From: an uncultured bacterium
GTDB taxonomy: Bacteria > Hydrogenedentota > Hydrogenedentia > Hydrogenedentales > JAEUWI01
DNA length: 30,383 nucleotides
Assembly: GCA_963977445.1 (NCBI GenBank)
Contig: CAXBPH010000059.1
Coordinates: 1 to 30,383, forward strand
Direction of reading: 5' to 3'
Both the position numbers and the translations under genes were made by a program. Within the stretch, counting starts at the first letter, position 1, and each line of letters starts with the position of its first letter. Shown here piece after piece: positions 18,241 to 27,613 of the stretch. The notes under the pieces were generated by a model. That model saw only the letters and a list, made by a program, of their open reading frames with translations, did no database searches and was not told the origin of the DNA.

Positions 18241-19746
18241 ATGCCCCAAGGCCACGTATATCTCGTCGGTGCCGGCCCCGGCGATCCCGGCCTCTTGACC
18301 CTCCGTGGTCGCCAATGTCTTCAGTTGGCCCAGGTCGTGGTCTATGATGCCCTGGTCAACCCCAGAATACTCGATCATGCACCCCAGGCCGAGTGCATCT
18401 ATGTGGGCAAGAAAGCCGACCGCCACAGCCTGCCCCAGGAAGAGATTCAGCGCATTCTCATCGACCAGGCCCGCCTCGGGAAGAATGTCGTTCGCCTCAA
18501 GGGGGGTGACCCTTTTGTCTTTGGTCGGGGGGGCGAAGAGGCCCTGGCCCTGGCCGCCGCGAAAATCCATTTTGAAATCGTGCCCGGTGTGACCTCCGGC
18601 ATCGCCGCCGCCGCTTATGCAGGGATTCCCGTGACCCACCGGGGCCTGGCCACCAGCGTCACGTTTGTCACGGGGCACCTCTCGGGAGAAGACAAAACTC
18701 TCGCCCTCGATTTCCACCGATTCGACCCCAAGGGCACCCTCGTGTGCTACATGGGCGTGGGCGCTCTTGCCCAGTTGCGTGATGGACTGCGGGCCAATGG
18801 CTGGTCCGCCGACACACCCAGTGCCGTGGTGGAGTGGGGGACCTATGCCCGGCAACGCACCGTGACGGCACCCCTGGATGCCATCGTTGATGCTGTTGCC
18901 GCCGAGGGTATTGGCGCGCCCGCCATTATTATCATCGGGGCCGTCGCCGGACTCCGCGACGAACTTGCGTGGTTCGAAAGCCGTCCCCTCTTTGGCCTGC
19001 GCGTTGCCATTACCCATGCGCAGCAAGGCCACGACAGTCTGGAGCAACGTCTCCGCGCGCTCGGTGCCGATGTTTACGCCTGCCCCACGGTGGAGATTCA
19101 GCCCGAGGCACGGCCTCAAGGCATTGCCGACCTCCACACCTACACGTGGATAGTCCTCACCAGTGCCAACGCCGCCCGCATGATATTTTCCGCCTTGGAC
19201 GACGCCAATCACGATGCCCGCTTTCTCGGCAATACAAAAATATGTGCCGTGGGCGCCTCCACCTTGGCGGCCCTGGAACAGCGCTTCATCCGCCCCGACG
19301 TGGTGCCCGAAAACTACACCAGCGACGCCGTGGTCCGGGCGATGGGTATCGACGATGGGTTGAAGAATGCCCGAGTCTTGATACCCCGTGCCGACGTGGC
19401 CCGCGCTTCTCTTTCCGAGGCCCTGGAAGCCCAAGGTGCCCAGGTGACGGAATCCGTCGCCTACCACATGGAAGTCCCCGCCGACGCCGCCTCTTCCATG
19501 GACGGCCTCATGGATTACGAACCAGAGCTTCTGGTCTTTACCAACGCCGCCGCCATTCGCAATCTGTGCGATCTCCTGAGCCCCGAGCAACGGGAAGCCC
19601 TGAACCGCATCAGTACCGTCGCCTCCATAGGGCCGGTGACCACGCGGGTGGCCGAGGATGCCGGTTTCACCGTCGCCGTCGAGCCCATAAACCACGACGT
19701 GGCCCACCTGGTGGAGTCCGTTTGCGGGTGGTGGGGTGAACGGTAA
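18241..19746 (+). CDS. cobA: Uroporphyrinogen-III C-methyltransferase / uroporphyrinogen-III synthase fusion (CobA-HemD)
   Basis: LVGAGPGDPGLLT, RLKGGDPFVFGRGGEE, GIPVTHR; junction WFESRPLFG; HemD-like LTSANA and SIGPVT. Confidence 0.95.
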   Translation: MPQGHVYLVGAGPGDPGLLTLRGRQCLQLAQVVVYDALVNPRILDHAPQAECIYVGKKADRHSLPQEEIQRILIDQARLGKNVVRLKGGDPFVFGRGGEEALALAAAKIHFEIVPGVTSGIAAAAYAGIPVTHRGLATSVTFVTGHLSGEDKTLALDFHRFDPKGTLVCYMGVGALAQLRDGLRANGWSADTPSAVVEWGTYARQRTVTAPLDAIVDAVAAEGIGAPAIIIIGAVAGLRDELAWFESRPLFGLRVAITHAQQGHDSLEQRLRALGADVYACPTVEIQPEARPQGIADLHTYTWIVLTSANAARMIFSALDDANHDARFLGNTKICAVGASTLAALEQRFIRPDVVPENYTSDAVVRAMGIDDGLKNARVLIPRADVARASLSEALEAQGAQVTESVAYHMEVPADAASSMDGLMDYEPELLVFTNAAAIRNLCDLLSPEQREALNRISTVASIGPVTTRVAEDAGFTVAVEPINHDVAHLVESVCGWWGER

Positions 19747-19764
19747 AGGGATTCTAAGGGGCGG

Positions 19765-20952
19765 CTAGGCTGGCAGTTCTTGCTGGAACCACAGGCGAGA
19801 GAGCATGCCACCAACGGTGTACAAAATTACCACCTGTCGATTTTCGAAAAAGGCTGGGCCCTTTCGCGCCAGAATCCGGGCTGCCGATTGGGCTCCCTTC
19901 TGATTCTCCATGTAGCCGGTCACCGGAATGCCGGAATCATAGGCCAGTCGTGCTGCCCAGGAGCCGCCGGAACGGGCGCGCATCATGAAGCTGTCGCCAA
20001 TCAAGAGCACCGGCCCATCCGGAATGCTGTCATATTCGTAGGGCGCACCATCCGGAAGGAAAACCTGCAGGCCTTCGTCGACCAGATACTCGAATTTCGC
20101 CTGTTCCCCTTCGGGTAGATAATAACTTACAAGCGGGCCCGGTGCTTCCAGACGAAAGGGTTTGGTCGTGTAGGGATTGGTTTGGGTCGCCGGGATGAGA
20201 TTGTAACGTGACAAACGCAGCGCCAGCACCTCGCTGGCAATACCCATCGCCCGGTTGTTCCAATGGAGGTCCGCCTTGGGGAAAAGCGGAGTGTCCGCTT
20301 CGCTCGTTGCGGTCACCAGCGCGGGCAACAAGTCCACGACCTCCACGTCCGCTTCGAGGAGCGATTCCATGTAGCGATAGCGCTGGGGATAGAGAGGTAC
20401 ATCCGTCGGTGCAGACAGCGATATGCTTCTCGGATACACCTCTTCCTTCTGGGGGATGGGCACCACAATAAGATCGATGGATCGTGCTGCCAATTGACGA
20501 TGGAGACTCACAATGGCTGCGTACGACGTGGTCTTTCGGATGTCCTGGCCGCCCTGTTCGGTGCCTTGTGCGTGCTCCATGGCAAAGCGGGTGAGTGCCA
20601 CGGTAAACAGCGATTTTTCAGGGCCGATCAGATAGCCTTGACCCGTGGCGTCCGCCTTGTCGCATTGCTCTCGAAGCTCCCGATAGAACGGTTCCAGGGC
20701 CACATTCCAAGCGTCCCAGCCACCGGCTTCGGCTATCGTGAGGGCAATCTGTTCCCCCGTAGATCGAATGGCATCGGCCCGCAACTGAGCCGCTTCGTCA
20801 GTTGACGCGTTCGCACCAAACAAGACCGAAGACCCCACGAGCAAAAGTACGACGATAGGATGAAGTCGACCCACAGAAATCGGGAGGCCTTTCTGACGCG
20901 AGGCGACCTGATCGATTGGGTATATTTCGTGTTCTCGAATATACTCGGTCAC
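19765..20952 (-). CDS. AlgX/AlgJ-related SGNH hydrolase-like exported protein
   Basis: 'LIVVPIPQKEEVYP', 'VDLLPAL', 'DLHWN' (DxH) and 'VLLIGDSF' in the permuted AlgX order; GTG start overlapping the upstream TGA (alternative GTG at 20874). Confidence 0.72.
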   Translation of the reverse strand: MTEYIREHEIYPIDQVASRQKGLPISVGRLHPIVVLLLVGSSVLFGANASTDEAAQLRADAIRSTGEQIALTIAEAGGWDAWNVALEPFYRELREQCDKADATGQGYLIGPEKSLFTVALTRFAMEHAQGTEQGGQDIRKTTSYAAIVSLHRQLAARSIDLIVVPIPQKEEVYPRSISLSAPTDVPLYPQRYRYMESLLEADVEVVDLLPALVTATSEADTPLFPKADLHWNNRAMGIASEVLALRLSRYNLIPATQTNPYTTKPFRLEAPGPLVSYYLPEGEQAKFEYLVDEGLQVFLPDGAPYEYDSIPDGPVLLIGDSFMMRARSGGSWAARLAYDSGIPVTGYMENQKGAQSAARILARKGPAFFENRQVVILYTVGGMLSRLWFQQELPA

Positions 20953-21842
20953 CCCGCGATCAGTTCTTCCACGAAGGTCTTGGTTTTCTTCGCCTCGGCC
21001 AAAACCTCGTCCAGCGTGCCGGGGTTCAGGCATTCGATAATCATGGGGCCACCCTTGAAGCCACTCGCTTTGAGATTTGCCATGACTTTTTTGAAATCGA
21101 CCTGGCCCGTGCCGGGGGTAATGTTGACGCTCTTGCCTTCGAGGTAGTCTTTGACGCACATGCCATGGACCGCATCGCCGATACCCTGGCTGTCCATTTC
21201 TGGTGCGCGCTGCCCCTTGGAGTAGTGGAGGATGTTGCCGGGGTCGTAGTAGAAGAGGAAGTTCGGGTGGTTGATGCGCTCGATGGTGGCCTTGCAGTCG
21301 TCCCCCGTGAAGTTGAAGGTATCGTGGGGCTTCATGCACACCCGGACCCCTTTGGTCTGGGCATAGTCGAGACAGGCCTTGATAGTACTCTCGTAGGTTT
21401 CCAGATACTCGGCCCGGCCTTCGCCTCCAAGCAGGATATCCGGCACCGTCGCAGCGGCGCTTACATCGATGAGTTTGTTCAGCCCCGCAACCGCCGTGTC
21501 GAGTCCATCTTCCGTGGGGAAGCGACCACCCCAGGCCGCCGCAACCTTGAGCCCACGGGACTTCGCAGCCTCCGCCATGGTGGCGGCTTCTTCCAGGGGC
21601 ATGTCCCAATTAATCATCTGGGCGCTCTTGCCGTTCTTCGTGGTGTTCATAAAGCCCACATACTCAAAGCCCGCTTCCGCAATAGCATCAAGGGCCACCG
21701 TATATTCACGGTCAGCCCAGGGGCGGGTAAAGCAACCGACTTTCCAGGGGCTGTCGCTGGCGGGTTTCGCCATGGTCTTGGGGGCGAGCGCGAGGGTGGC
21801 CGTGGCGGCGAGAGAAGTCCGAATAAAATGACGACGGTTCAT
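20949..21842 (-). CDS. Tat-exported sugar phosphate isomerase/epimerase (xylose-isomerase-like TIM barrel)
   Basis: MNRRHFI Tat motif; KPH, YDPGN, VKD, PGTGQVDF and IEC motifs; RBS AGGAG. Confidence 0.9.
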   Translation of the reverse strand: MNRRHFIRTSLAATATLALAPKTMAKPASDSPWKVGCFTRPWADREYTVALDAIAEAGFEYVGFMNTTKNGKSAQMINWDMPLEEAATMAEAAKSRGLKVAAAWGGRFPTEDGLDTAVAGLNKLIDVSAAATVPDILLGGEGRAEYLETYESTIKACLDYAQTKGVRVCMKPHDTFNFTGDDCKATIERINHPNFLFYYDPGNILHYSKGQRAPEMDSQGIGDAVHGMCVKDYLEGKSVNITPGTGQVDFKKVMANLKASGFKGGPMIIECLNPGTLDEVLAEAKKTKTFVEELIAG

Positions 21843-21916
21843 GGATAACTCCTGAAGGTTAATTTATGAGAAGCAGCGTAGCGTAAGATAGCCAACGATG
21901 CAAATAGATGCCCATA

Positions 21917-22012
21917 GGGGACTGCACTGGCCCGGTCTACGTCGCGGTAGCGTGTTGATGTCATGGGGACTGCACTGGCCCGGTCTATGCCGTGGTAGCG
22001 TGTTGATGTCAT
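21917..22012. repeat. Tandem duplication, 2 x 48 bp
   Basis: Units 21917..21964 and 21965..22012 differ at 3 positions. Confidence 0.95.
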
Positions 22013-22105
22013 GGTGCCAATCGTGACACGGGTATGAATAGCTACGCATCAGGCCGGGGCCGTCCCCCTCGTGAATAGCGCCCTATGCCCAACCAAGTCC
22101 ACCAC

Positions 22106-22151
22106 GGGTGCCACCTACACACGCAGCCGGTTCCCGGCAAGTTTGTGGGTG
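22106..22151 (+). repeat. REP-like hairpin, GGGTGCCAC family (copy 2)
   Basis: Near-identical inverted copy of 7..53. Confidence 0.8.
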
Positions 22152-22472
22152 TATGTGGTCTAAATAAGCGAAGGTAGACCTCGAGCAAATCCCGCTCGTT
22201 AGTTGAGTTCGCGTACGCAAGCGTCTGCAGCAGGCAAGTGTATCGGCGGCCAGGCCACTATCGTTTAAAGTAGCCTTTGACAATTAGGAGGCAGGTCTCG
22301 GACGCGCCGATGGAGGGCGGCCCGCCGAAGCCCGCGTTGCCACCGGTGGTACCTTCTGGCCTCAGTGGCAGGAAGAAATGCCCTGCGTGGTGGTGGCCGT
22401 GGAGCGATAAGATTCAGCGTATTTCTGGTAGCTCATGATGGCGTTTGCCCCGTGAAGAAGGCACAATATTAA

Positions 22473-22501
22473 TTGACAGTTACACGGGTTGGTGTTACTA
22501 T
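22473..22501 (+). promoter_or_regulatory. sigma70 promoter, ~380 bp upstream of the DUF1559 gene
   Basis: TTGACA-N17-TACTAT with extended TG and an AT-rich upstream stretch. Confidence 0.7.
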
Positions 22502-22882
22502 GTAAATAAGGAAATGCGGTAGTAGGGTGTCGTCGATTTCGACGGGGTCGGTGGCCCCATTTCCTCGCAACAACACGGACGTGACTTACGAGTTTTCGTG
22601 AGTTTCATCATCATCCGGGTCGGGGTTTGCGTTGATTTCTGCAGTATCGGACGGTGGCAGTTTGGTGGCACGGGCGGTTTCTTTTTCTTGGGCAGTCCAA
22701 GCGCTCACCCGCGTTATTCGCCTCGGTTTTGTCCCGATTCAACGCACCCAAGGACCTATGGCAGGGGTGCACCATTGCGGCAGAAAGGAGAGCGCGGGCC
22801 CCCGACACCAGGCAACCATTTCACAGATTGCCTTGGTTGGCGCTGTGAGAAACCGCACGAAACATTAAAAAGGAACGGTGTA

Positions 22883-23947
22883 ATGAAACGAAACGGTTTT
22901 ACCCTCATTGAATTACTGGTTGTTATCGCTATTATAGGAATTCTGGCGGCCATCTTGTTGCCGGCACTCGCCCGGGCCCGAGAGGCCGCCCGACGCTCCA
23001 GTTGCGCGAATAATCTGAAACAACTTGGCTTGTCGTTGAAAATGTATGCCAACGAGTCCCAAGGAGAGACCTTTCCCACCATCGAATTCAGCCTGATGTG
23101 GCCCTTCGCGGATCAGGCCTTTCCTCCGTCGTCGCCCGATGCAGGCAAAGCGGCAGCGCTGGGCGAAATTCTGTGCGATAAAGATACCCAACTCCCCCTG
23201 GGGGCCGCAGAAGTCTTCAGTGCCGTAAACAATCAGGTCACCACGTCCGCACCGGCACCCAGTATCGGCCAGATGTATCCCGAGTATATTACCGACCCGG
23301 GCGTACTGGTATGCCCATCGGACGCAGAGGATACGGAAGACGATTTTGTGGACAAGTTTGGCAAGGCCAATCTCCACAAGTGGTATATAAATTCCGCCCG
23401 CGATAGTCTGGACCAATCGGGCAGTCAGCTCGCCGATGCAAGTTACGTCTACACAGGTTATTTGCTCGACAAGACCGGCGACAAGCCGGGTCAGGTTCAC
23501 CCGACGGACGGCTACAACCTCCAGATGGCCCTCTTCTTCAATGCTGCTACAAACAAAGCGGCGGCGAATCCATTTTCCATCGGGGAAGTTCGGGGTAATT
23601 TTCTGTCTCTCTTTGCCCGGGATGTATCGGACGGCTCCATTAATGGCTATGGCAGTAATGGAGGCGACACCATCATTCGCTTGCGCGAAGGGGTGGAGCG
23701 TTTTCTGATTACGGATATCAACAACGCGGCAGGCTCTGCAAAGGGCCAAAGTGACATCTGGGTCATGATGGACCAGCTTGGAAACTCCAAGGCAGACGGC
23801 ACCGATACGAACCTGCAATATTTCAATCACGTACCAGGCGGTTGCAACGTGTTGTATATGGATGGTCATGTTGAGTTTCAGAAATACGCGACGGAAGAGG
23901 GACCCGTAAGTAAATCCTTCGCCACCTTCATCGCCGAGAATCTGTAA
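22883..23947 (+). CDS. Prepilin-type N-terminal cleavage/methylation, DUF1559 and H-X9-DG domain protein, 354 aa
   Basis: [45 protein letters not shown] and [18 protein letters not shown]. Confidence 0.93.
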   Translation: MKRNGFTLIELLVVIAIIGILAAILLPALARAREAARRSSCANNLKQLGLSLKMYANESQGETFPTIEFSLMWPFADQAFPPSSPDAGKAAALGEILCDKDTQLPLGAAEVFSAVNNQVTTSAPAPSIGQMYPEYITDPGVLVCPSDAEDTEDDFVDKFGKANLHKWYINSARDSLDQSGSQLADASYVYTGYLLDKTGDKPGQVHPTDGYNLQMALFFNAATNKAAANPFSIGEVRGNFLSLFARDVSDGSINGYGSNGGDTIIRLREGVERFLITDINNAAGSAKGQSDIWVMMDQLGNSKADGTDTNLQYFNHVPGGCNVLYMDGHVEFQKYATEEGPVSKSFATFIAENL

Positions 23948-23999
23948 ACGGAGTGCCCGATATAACGGGTTGAATGCGCATAGTTAAGAATATCAATAG

Positions 24000-24032
24000 A
24001 CTGCCCGGGTCCCCATGGTCCCGGGCAGTTTT
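24000..24032 (+). terminator. Intrinsic terminator
   Basis: actgcccggg-N10-cccgggcagt followed by ttt. Confidence 0.7.
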
Positions 24033-24348
24033 GCAGGTCGATGGGCCTGGACCTCGCGACGACGGGGTGAATACAGTGGGAGGGCGTTAATGATGGTGCC
24101 CGCTGTAAAAAATGCCAATTCGCGGCCACGGCCCGAGGTGCCGTATACTATTGGGGCAAGACCGCCGCTTTGGTCAAGCCCTGCAAGGGGACTTGGGAGT
24201 CAGACTCCGAGGGTCTTTCAGCGCCCATAAGGTCCTCAGAATACCTTCTCTTCCGGTTATTACGGGAGTGTTTTTTTATATCAGTGGACTTTGCAAAATG
24301 TTTATTTTTAATGGGTTAATGATGCTATTAGACTCGGCAGAAGTGCGC

Positions 24349-24381
24349 ATACTTGACTTAGTTGATAAGGTATGTAATAAT
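24349..24381 (+). promoter_or_regulatory. cysIH promoter with an Rrf2 (IscR/CymR-like) candidate box
   Basis: 25-bp ATACTTGACT-TAGTT-GATAAGGTAT covering -35 TTGACT; AT-rich -10 region TGTAATAAT. Confidence 0.55.
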
Positions 24382-24428
24382 TAGATAAATCACGGTGCAA
24401 TACCATCCCTTTTAAGGATTCAGGACGA

Positions 24429-26195
24429 ATGGCAAATCTTATTGAGACAAATGGCGATCTGGAACAACTTTCCGGCGTAGAAACCTTCAAATCACGAAGC
24501 GGCGGCCTTTATGGGCCTATCGCCGATGAACTGGCCCAGCCTACGGACCATTTCTCCGAGGAAAGTATTCAAATCCTGAAGCACCACGGCTCCTATCAGC
24601 AGGACAACCGGGACACCCGTAAGGCGCGCAAAAAGGAAGGTCTGGACAAAGAGTATTCCATGATGCTCCGGACCAAATTCCCTGGTGGCGACCTGACGGC
24701 CGATCAATTCCTCTTTTGCCTCGACATGGCCGCCAAATATGGTCAGGATGATTTTCGGGTGACCTCGCGCCAGGACTTTCAGTTCCATGGTGTCATCAAG
24801 AAGAACTTTCGTCCCCTCATCAATGATCTGAACAAGCTTTCTAAGATTACCTCCATTGGTGGTTGCGGTGACGTGGTGCGTAACACCATGGCCAACCCCG
24901 TGGCCGACATTGACCCACGCTACAAAGATTGTGTGACCGATCTCGTGAAGATGGCCCACACCATCAGCGACGCTACCCTGCCCAAGTCCAAGGCCTATTA
25001 CGACCTGTGGCTCAACGACGAGAAGGCAACGGTCAACGAAGACGGCACGGTCCAGTATGCAAAAGACTTGCGGGAAGAAACGCCCGATGACCTTTACGGC
25101 ACCCAATACCTGCCTCGAAAATTTAAGATTGGTGTAGGTACCGATTTCGACAACAGCTCCGATGTATACACCCAGGACGTGGGCATCATTGCCGTGACGG
25201 AAGATGGCAAAATCGTGGGGTATGAAATTCTTGCCGGTGGTGGTCTCGGCTATTCCCATACTAAAAAAGATACCTATCCCCGTGCCGCATCCCACGTGGC
25301 CTTCGTCCAGGAAGACGAAGTGCTGGATATTGTGCTCGCCATTATAAAGGTCCAGCGTGATTATGGTGACCGGAGCGACCGTAAGCAGGCCCGCCTGAAG
25401 TACACCATCGACCGCATGGGTCTCGATACGTTTATTGAAAATATCGCCGAATACGCCGGGAAGAAATTTGGCGCGCCCCGCAATGTGCAGCCCACCGATC
25501 AGCCCGACTACCTGGGCTGGAGCAAGCAAATCCAGGAAGGCCTCAATTATGTTGGCGTCTGGGTGGAAAACGGTCGTGTAAAAGATTTTGACAATAGCTA
25601 TCAGTTCAAGACCGGCCTGCGCGCTGTTATTGAACGCTTCAAGCCCGATGTCCGCGTCACGGCCCACCACAACCTGGTGCTGGCCAATATTAAAGATGCC
25701 GATGTGGACGCCGTACAGGCCATGCTTGACGAATATAAGCTGCCCACCGACAAGGGTATTACAACCCTCCGTCGCCTCGAAATGGCGTGCCCGGCGTTGC
25801 CCCTGTGTGGTCTGGCCCTTTCGGAAGCCGAGCGTTACTTCCCCTCCGTCATGGATGCGCTGGAAGAAGCGGGTCATGGTGATGCCGACGTAATAATTCG
25901 CATGACAGGCTGCCCCAACGGCTGTGCCCGATCCTCCAGCTCGGAAATCGGTCTCATCGGCAAGGGTCCCGGTCGTTACGTAATCCACACCGGTGGTTGC
26001 TACAACGGCACCCGGATGAACGAATTGTTCCTGCCGGTCGTCAAAGAAGAAGACGTGGTCCCCAACCTGGCCGGACTCTTGTCCCTGTGGAAAGAGAATC
26101 GTGCGGAAGGGGAAGGCTTTGGTGATTGGTCCAAGAAAGTGGGCGTGGAGACGTTGCGTACAATGCTCGACGCCGCCTTGTCCGCAGGCGTTTAA
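24429..26195 (+). CDS. cysI: Assimilatory sulfite reductase hemoprotein (siroheme/4Fe-4S)
   Basis: HGSYQQDNRD, TSRQDFQFHG, GCGDVVRN, YLPRKFKIG, CPALPLC and GCPNGCAR. Confidence 0.94.
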   Translation: MANLIETNGDLEQLSGVETFKSRSGGLYGPIADELAQPTDHFSEESIQILKHHGSYQQDNRDTRKARKKEGLDKEYSMMLRTKFPGGDLTADQFLFCLDMAAKYGQDDFRVTSRQDFQFHGVIKKNFRPLINDLNKLSKITSIGGCGDVVRNTMANPVADIDPRYKDCVTDLVKMAHTISDATLPKSKAYYDLWLNDEKATVNEDGTVQYAKDLREETPDDLYGTQYLPRKFKIGVGTDFDNSSDVYTQDVGIIAVTEDGKIVGYEILAGGGLGYSHTKKDTYPRAASHVAFVQEDEVLDIVLAIIKVQRDYGDRSDRKQARLKYTIDRMGLDTFIENIAEYAGKKFGAPRNVQPTDQPDYLGWSKQIQEGLNYVGVWVENGRVKDFDNSYQFKTGLRAVIERFKPDVRVTAHHNLVLANIKDADVDAVQAMLDEYKLPTDKGITTLRRLEMACPALPLCGLALSEAERYFPSVMDALEEAGHGDADVIIRMTGCPNGCARSSSSEIGLIGKGPGRYVIHTGGCYNGTRMNELFLPVVKEEDVVPNLAGLLSLWKENRAEGEGFGDWSKKVGVETLRTMLDAALSAGV

Positions 26196-26218
26196 TTGAT
26201 TGTCGCGGAGGTCCTGAC

Positions 26219-26950
26219 ATGGCTGTAGCAGAATCACAAGAATGTCTCCTGGCGCGATTGAACGCCATGGAGCCCGAAGAGCTGCTTGCCTGGGCGCTGG
26301 AATCCCACGGCGATCGGGCCGCCATTATTACCAGCTTTCAGGACACGGGCTGTGTGATGATCGACATGATGTCGAAAGTCGCCCCGGGTCTGCGGGTGCT
26401 GACCGTGGATACCCTGCGTCTTCACGATGAGACCTACGCCCATATGGATGCGATGGAAGCGCGGTATGGAACGATAGAGCGCTTTGCGCCCGATCCGGCC
26501 CGGTTGAAGAAAATGCTCGCCCAGCACGGGGAGTATTTGTTCTTCGACAGCAAACCCAAGCAAGAGTTCTGTTGTACCATTCGGAAGACCGAGCCCAATC
26601 AGCGGGCGCTCGAATCGGTAGACGTTTGGTTCACCGGGCTGCGCCGTGATCACTCCAGTTTTCGCGTCGACACCCCAAAGGCCCAATATGTGGATCGGGA
26701 TGGTCGGCAGATTCTGAAGATTGCGCCTCTCGTGGACTGGAATCAGGCAAAGATTGACGCCTACGTGGCGGAGCATGATGTGCCGAAGAATGCGCTCTAT
26801 GAACAGGGCTACACGAGTATCGGTTGCATGATTTGCTCCACACCCACCTTGCCCCACGAAGACAAACGGGCCGGGCGCTGGCGCTGGTTCAACGCACTGG
26901 ATGACGACAAAAAAGAATGCGGCATTCACATCGGTGGTAGCGGCATTTAA
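26219..26950 (+). CDS. cysH: APS/PAPS reductase, 4Fe-4S (APS-type) signature, 243 aa
   Basis: RBS GGAGG; CC pair (FCCTIRK), TGLRR, SIGCMIC, RAGRW and ECGIH. Confidence 0.94.
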   Translation: MAVAESQECLLARLNAMEPEELLAWALESHGDRAAIITSFQDTGCVMIDMMSKVAPGLRVLTVDTLRLHDETYAHMDAMEARYGTIERFAPDPARLKKMLAQHGEYLFFDSKPKQEFCCTIRKTEPNQRALESVDVWFTGLRRDHSSFRVDTPKAQYVDRDGRQILKIAPLVDWNQAKIDAYVAEHDVPKNALYEQGYTSIGCMICSTPTLPHEDKRAGRWRWFNALDDDKKECGIHIGGSGI

Positions 26951-26966
26951 ATTCATCATAAATCAC

Positions 26967-27001
26967 AAACCGGGTCCCCAATATGGGTGGCCCGGTTTTT
27001 T
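26967..27001 (+). terminator. Intrinsic terminator after cysH
   Basis: aaaccggg...cccggttt with a T6 tail. Confidence 0.75.
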
Positions 27002-27020
27002 GTGAGTGCAGGCCGAGGCC

Positions 27021-27058
27021 AAAAAGTATACCCTTCTCAATAGTCGAGAAGGGTACAC
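27021..27058 (-). terminator. Intrinsic terminator of the 133-aa gene
   Basis: A5 followed by gtatacccttctc-N7-gagaagggtacac. Confidence 0.75.
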
Positions 27059-27091
27059 CTTACAAATCAATCCATCTGATGCCGTAAGGGT

Positions 27092-27493
27092 TCAGTGGGT
27101 TTCTTCGAGTATCTTCACCTTGATGGTGACTTCTACGTCACCCGTAACCCAATCCTTTTTCGCGTCGTACTCTTCATTGCTGCAATCAGCGGACCAGGAA
27201 ACGATTACCAGTCGGTCGACGGTCTTGTTGCCGCGCTCGATGTTGTATTTCCAACCACCGGAACCGTGGACGTGGCCAGGGTGACCATCGGCACTGGGGA
27301 AACCGACGCCCCGAACGCGCTTGATGGTCTTCTTTTTCTGATCGACTTCGCCGTCGGCCGTCCAGCCCTTGGCATCGGCCACGGCGTCCATAACTTCTTT
27401 CAGTCCGGCCGTATCCTTCTTGTAGCTGCCCACGGAAGAATCTTTTCCGATTTTTACTTTGGTGACTTTGAGCTTGGACTTAATCTTTGGCAT
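27092..27493 (-). CDS. Hypothetical Lys-rich protein, possibly RelE/YoeB-like
   Basis: RBS AGGGAG, own promoter and terminator; the fold guess is from visual alignment only. Confidence 0.7.
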   Translation of the reverse strand: MPKIKSKLKVTKVKIGKDSSVGSYKKDTAGLKEVMDAVADAKGWTADGEVDQKKKTIKRVRGVGFPSADGHPGHVHGSGGWKYNIERGNKTVDRLVIVSWSADCSNEEYDAKKDWVTGDVEVTIKVKILEETH

Positions 27494-27555
27494 TCGGTGC
27501 TCCCTATTTTATTGGGGTTTAAAAGATTTCACTGCCTCGCTATACACACATCAAG

Positions 27556-27584
27556 AGCATACGGAAAGCCCCGCGACAGTGCAA
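27556..27584 (-). promoter_or_regulatory. sigma70-type promoter for the 133-aa gene
   Basis: Minus strand TTGCAC-N17-TATGCT. Confidence 0.5.
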
Positions 27585-27613
27585 CATTCAGGATAGCCCT
27601 TCGTTGCCTCGAC

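Noticed and set aside
20953..21609. N-terminal extension of the 614-aa ORF 19765..21609
   Set aside because: Alternative-frame overlap with the TIM-barrel gene; composition is not protein-like
21917..22012. CRISPR array
   Set aside because: Two abutting units, no spacers and no cas genes
22310..22438. 42-aa ORF with CPAWWWPW as a Trp leader or antimicrobial peptide
   Set aside because: The nearest AGGAGG is 18 nt away, no trp genes or attenuator follow, and TGG runs arise easily in GC-rich DNA
22640..22780. c-di-GMP-I or other known riboswitch
   Set aside because: The conserved GGCAAAC/GNRA/GCAAA elements are not found in the right order
22598..22882. 95-aa N-terminal extension of the DUF1559 ORF
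   Set aside because: The prepilin motif must be N-terminal; ATG 22883 has an RBS
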